Assembly (NCBI RefSeq): GCF_006345805.1
Contig: NW_021827818.1
Coordinates: 1 to 9,434, forward strand
DNA: 9,434 bases
Origin: Octopus sinensis
Taxonomy: Eukaryota
Direction: 5' to 3'
Position numbers and translations under genes: made by a program. The notes under the pieces were generated by a model. That model was not told where the DNA came from, did no database searches, and saw only the letters and a list, made by a program, of their open reading frames with translations. How positions within the stretch are numbered: the first letter of the stretch is position 1; each line of letters begins with the position of its first letter. This document shows, piece by piece, positions 8,343 to 9,434 of this stretch.

Positions 8343-9434
8343 ATATATATATAAGGGAGTGTTTCCGTTACAGCACTCAACCCAACCTCGATGTTATCTA
8401 CACACTTGAAAGATAGAAGTTCTTGTGCCATGAAGAATCTAGGTGTCATGCTGGTAAATCTAGTGGGTGTGTCTATCGAAGAGTTAAATATCATGCAGAA
8501 GATTAAGTGTAAGAAAGAGATTAGCGAATCTGTAATGACCAATTGAATTTTGGTACCGACGCAATGAACAAGCGTCAAATATAAAGCGATTCAAGAGTGA
8601 CCATCAGGACATCTTGTCTTCAGTCTCAAGGCGTAAGAACCTTATTTTATTTTTTTTTTATGAGCTGTTTCTCTTATAGTTTGGGTGAGGGTTTAGTGAT
8701 ATTTGGATGACGTATTATAAAATGAATTAGACCGACAAGCTCTTACAGCTCTCATGATTTGCCAAACGAAACATGTATTATTCAAATGCCTCTTGATAGA
8801 ATAAAGCCGCTAGATCTTCGTAGGGTAGAATCAACTCCTGGAGTGCCTAAGTAATTAATTTAATATATTTATTATCGATATATGGCAGTCGTGAATATTG
8901 TTACTCTACAACATTCAGATAAGGTATATAAAAATGCATTGCTTTCATATGCGTCTACATAGCTGCTGCATAAACATATAAAATACACATTAGCCCAAGG
9001 AAAGGTTAACCAGTATACCTTGGTTTCTTCCCATAGTGTACTTCCTCATGTCTCTGCTTTTTGATCGTTGTCTTTACTTATAACGCCCTCTGTTCACGAG
9101 AGTTGTCGCTTGCCATTTCTGTTCAATGGTTCGCGACCCAATCATCATTTGTGTTCACACTAACCGCTAGAACATGCCTTCCTAAAATTCCATTCTTCTG
9201 AAACTTCTTTCTTGTTCACATCTTCCAGCGGTGTTGAATTAAAATTCAAGAAGGCCATGAATTTCCTCAGCCTCGGAGATCTTAAGGAAACATTGAACAG
9301 TGCCCATTCTTGAAATCCCAAAAAGAAGAAACAGTTATATAAATAAGTAACCCGAGAAAGTATGAAGCTCCACAAAGCTAGTAAGATTTATGATTGATGA
9401 ATAACGGTTAAAATATCATCCACTCCAACGATCT

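Noticed and set aside
8345-8600. Upstream continuation of the LINE or a separate gene (ORF 8330-8578 and a short + ORF)
   Set aside because: RT similarity stops at 8342, and there are no endonuclease or other motifs in any frame I translated.

Overview
AT-rich eukaryotic non-coding DNA dominated by repeats, with no intact protein-coding gene I can support. The repeat families and the extreme microsatellite load resemble octopus (cephalopod) genomic DNA; this is from recall and is not database-verified. Contents: (i) a tRNA-headed SINE ('family B') present as an exact head-to-tail dimer of 184-bp units at 864-1277 and as an older, decayed copy at 4644-4817; (ii) three 5'-incomplete copies of a second SINE-like family ('family A') with an internal (TA)n(TG)n tract, one on + and two on -; (iii) two copies of a short unclassified repeat ('family X') that end at the same base and abut TA runs; (iv) a dead CR1/L2/Jockey-type non-LTR reverse transcriptase fragment (7475-8342, -) that lacks the catalytic YADD segment and is joined directly to a family A SINE; (v) about 1.5 kb of compound microsatellite and low-complexity sequence (5224-6705). 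Most ORFs in the supplied track are by-products of these repeats. A few splice-site-bounded segments may be short exons of a host gene or lncRNA, at low confidence. I found no convincing novel coding system. The best leads are mechanistic: SINE dimer junction geometry, TA-run-associated insertions, the YADD deletion and the LINE-SINE junction.
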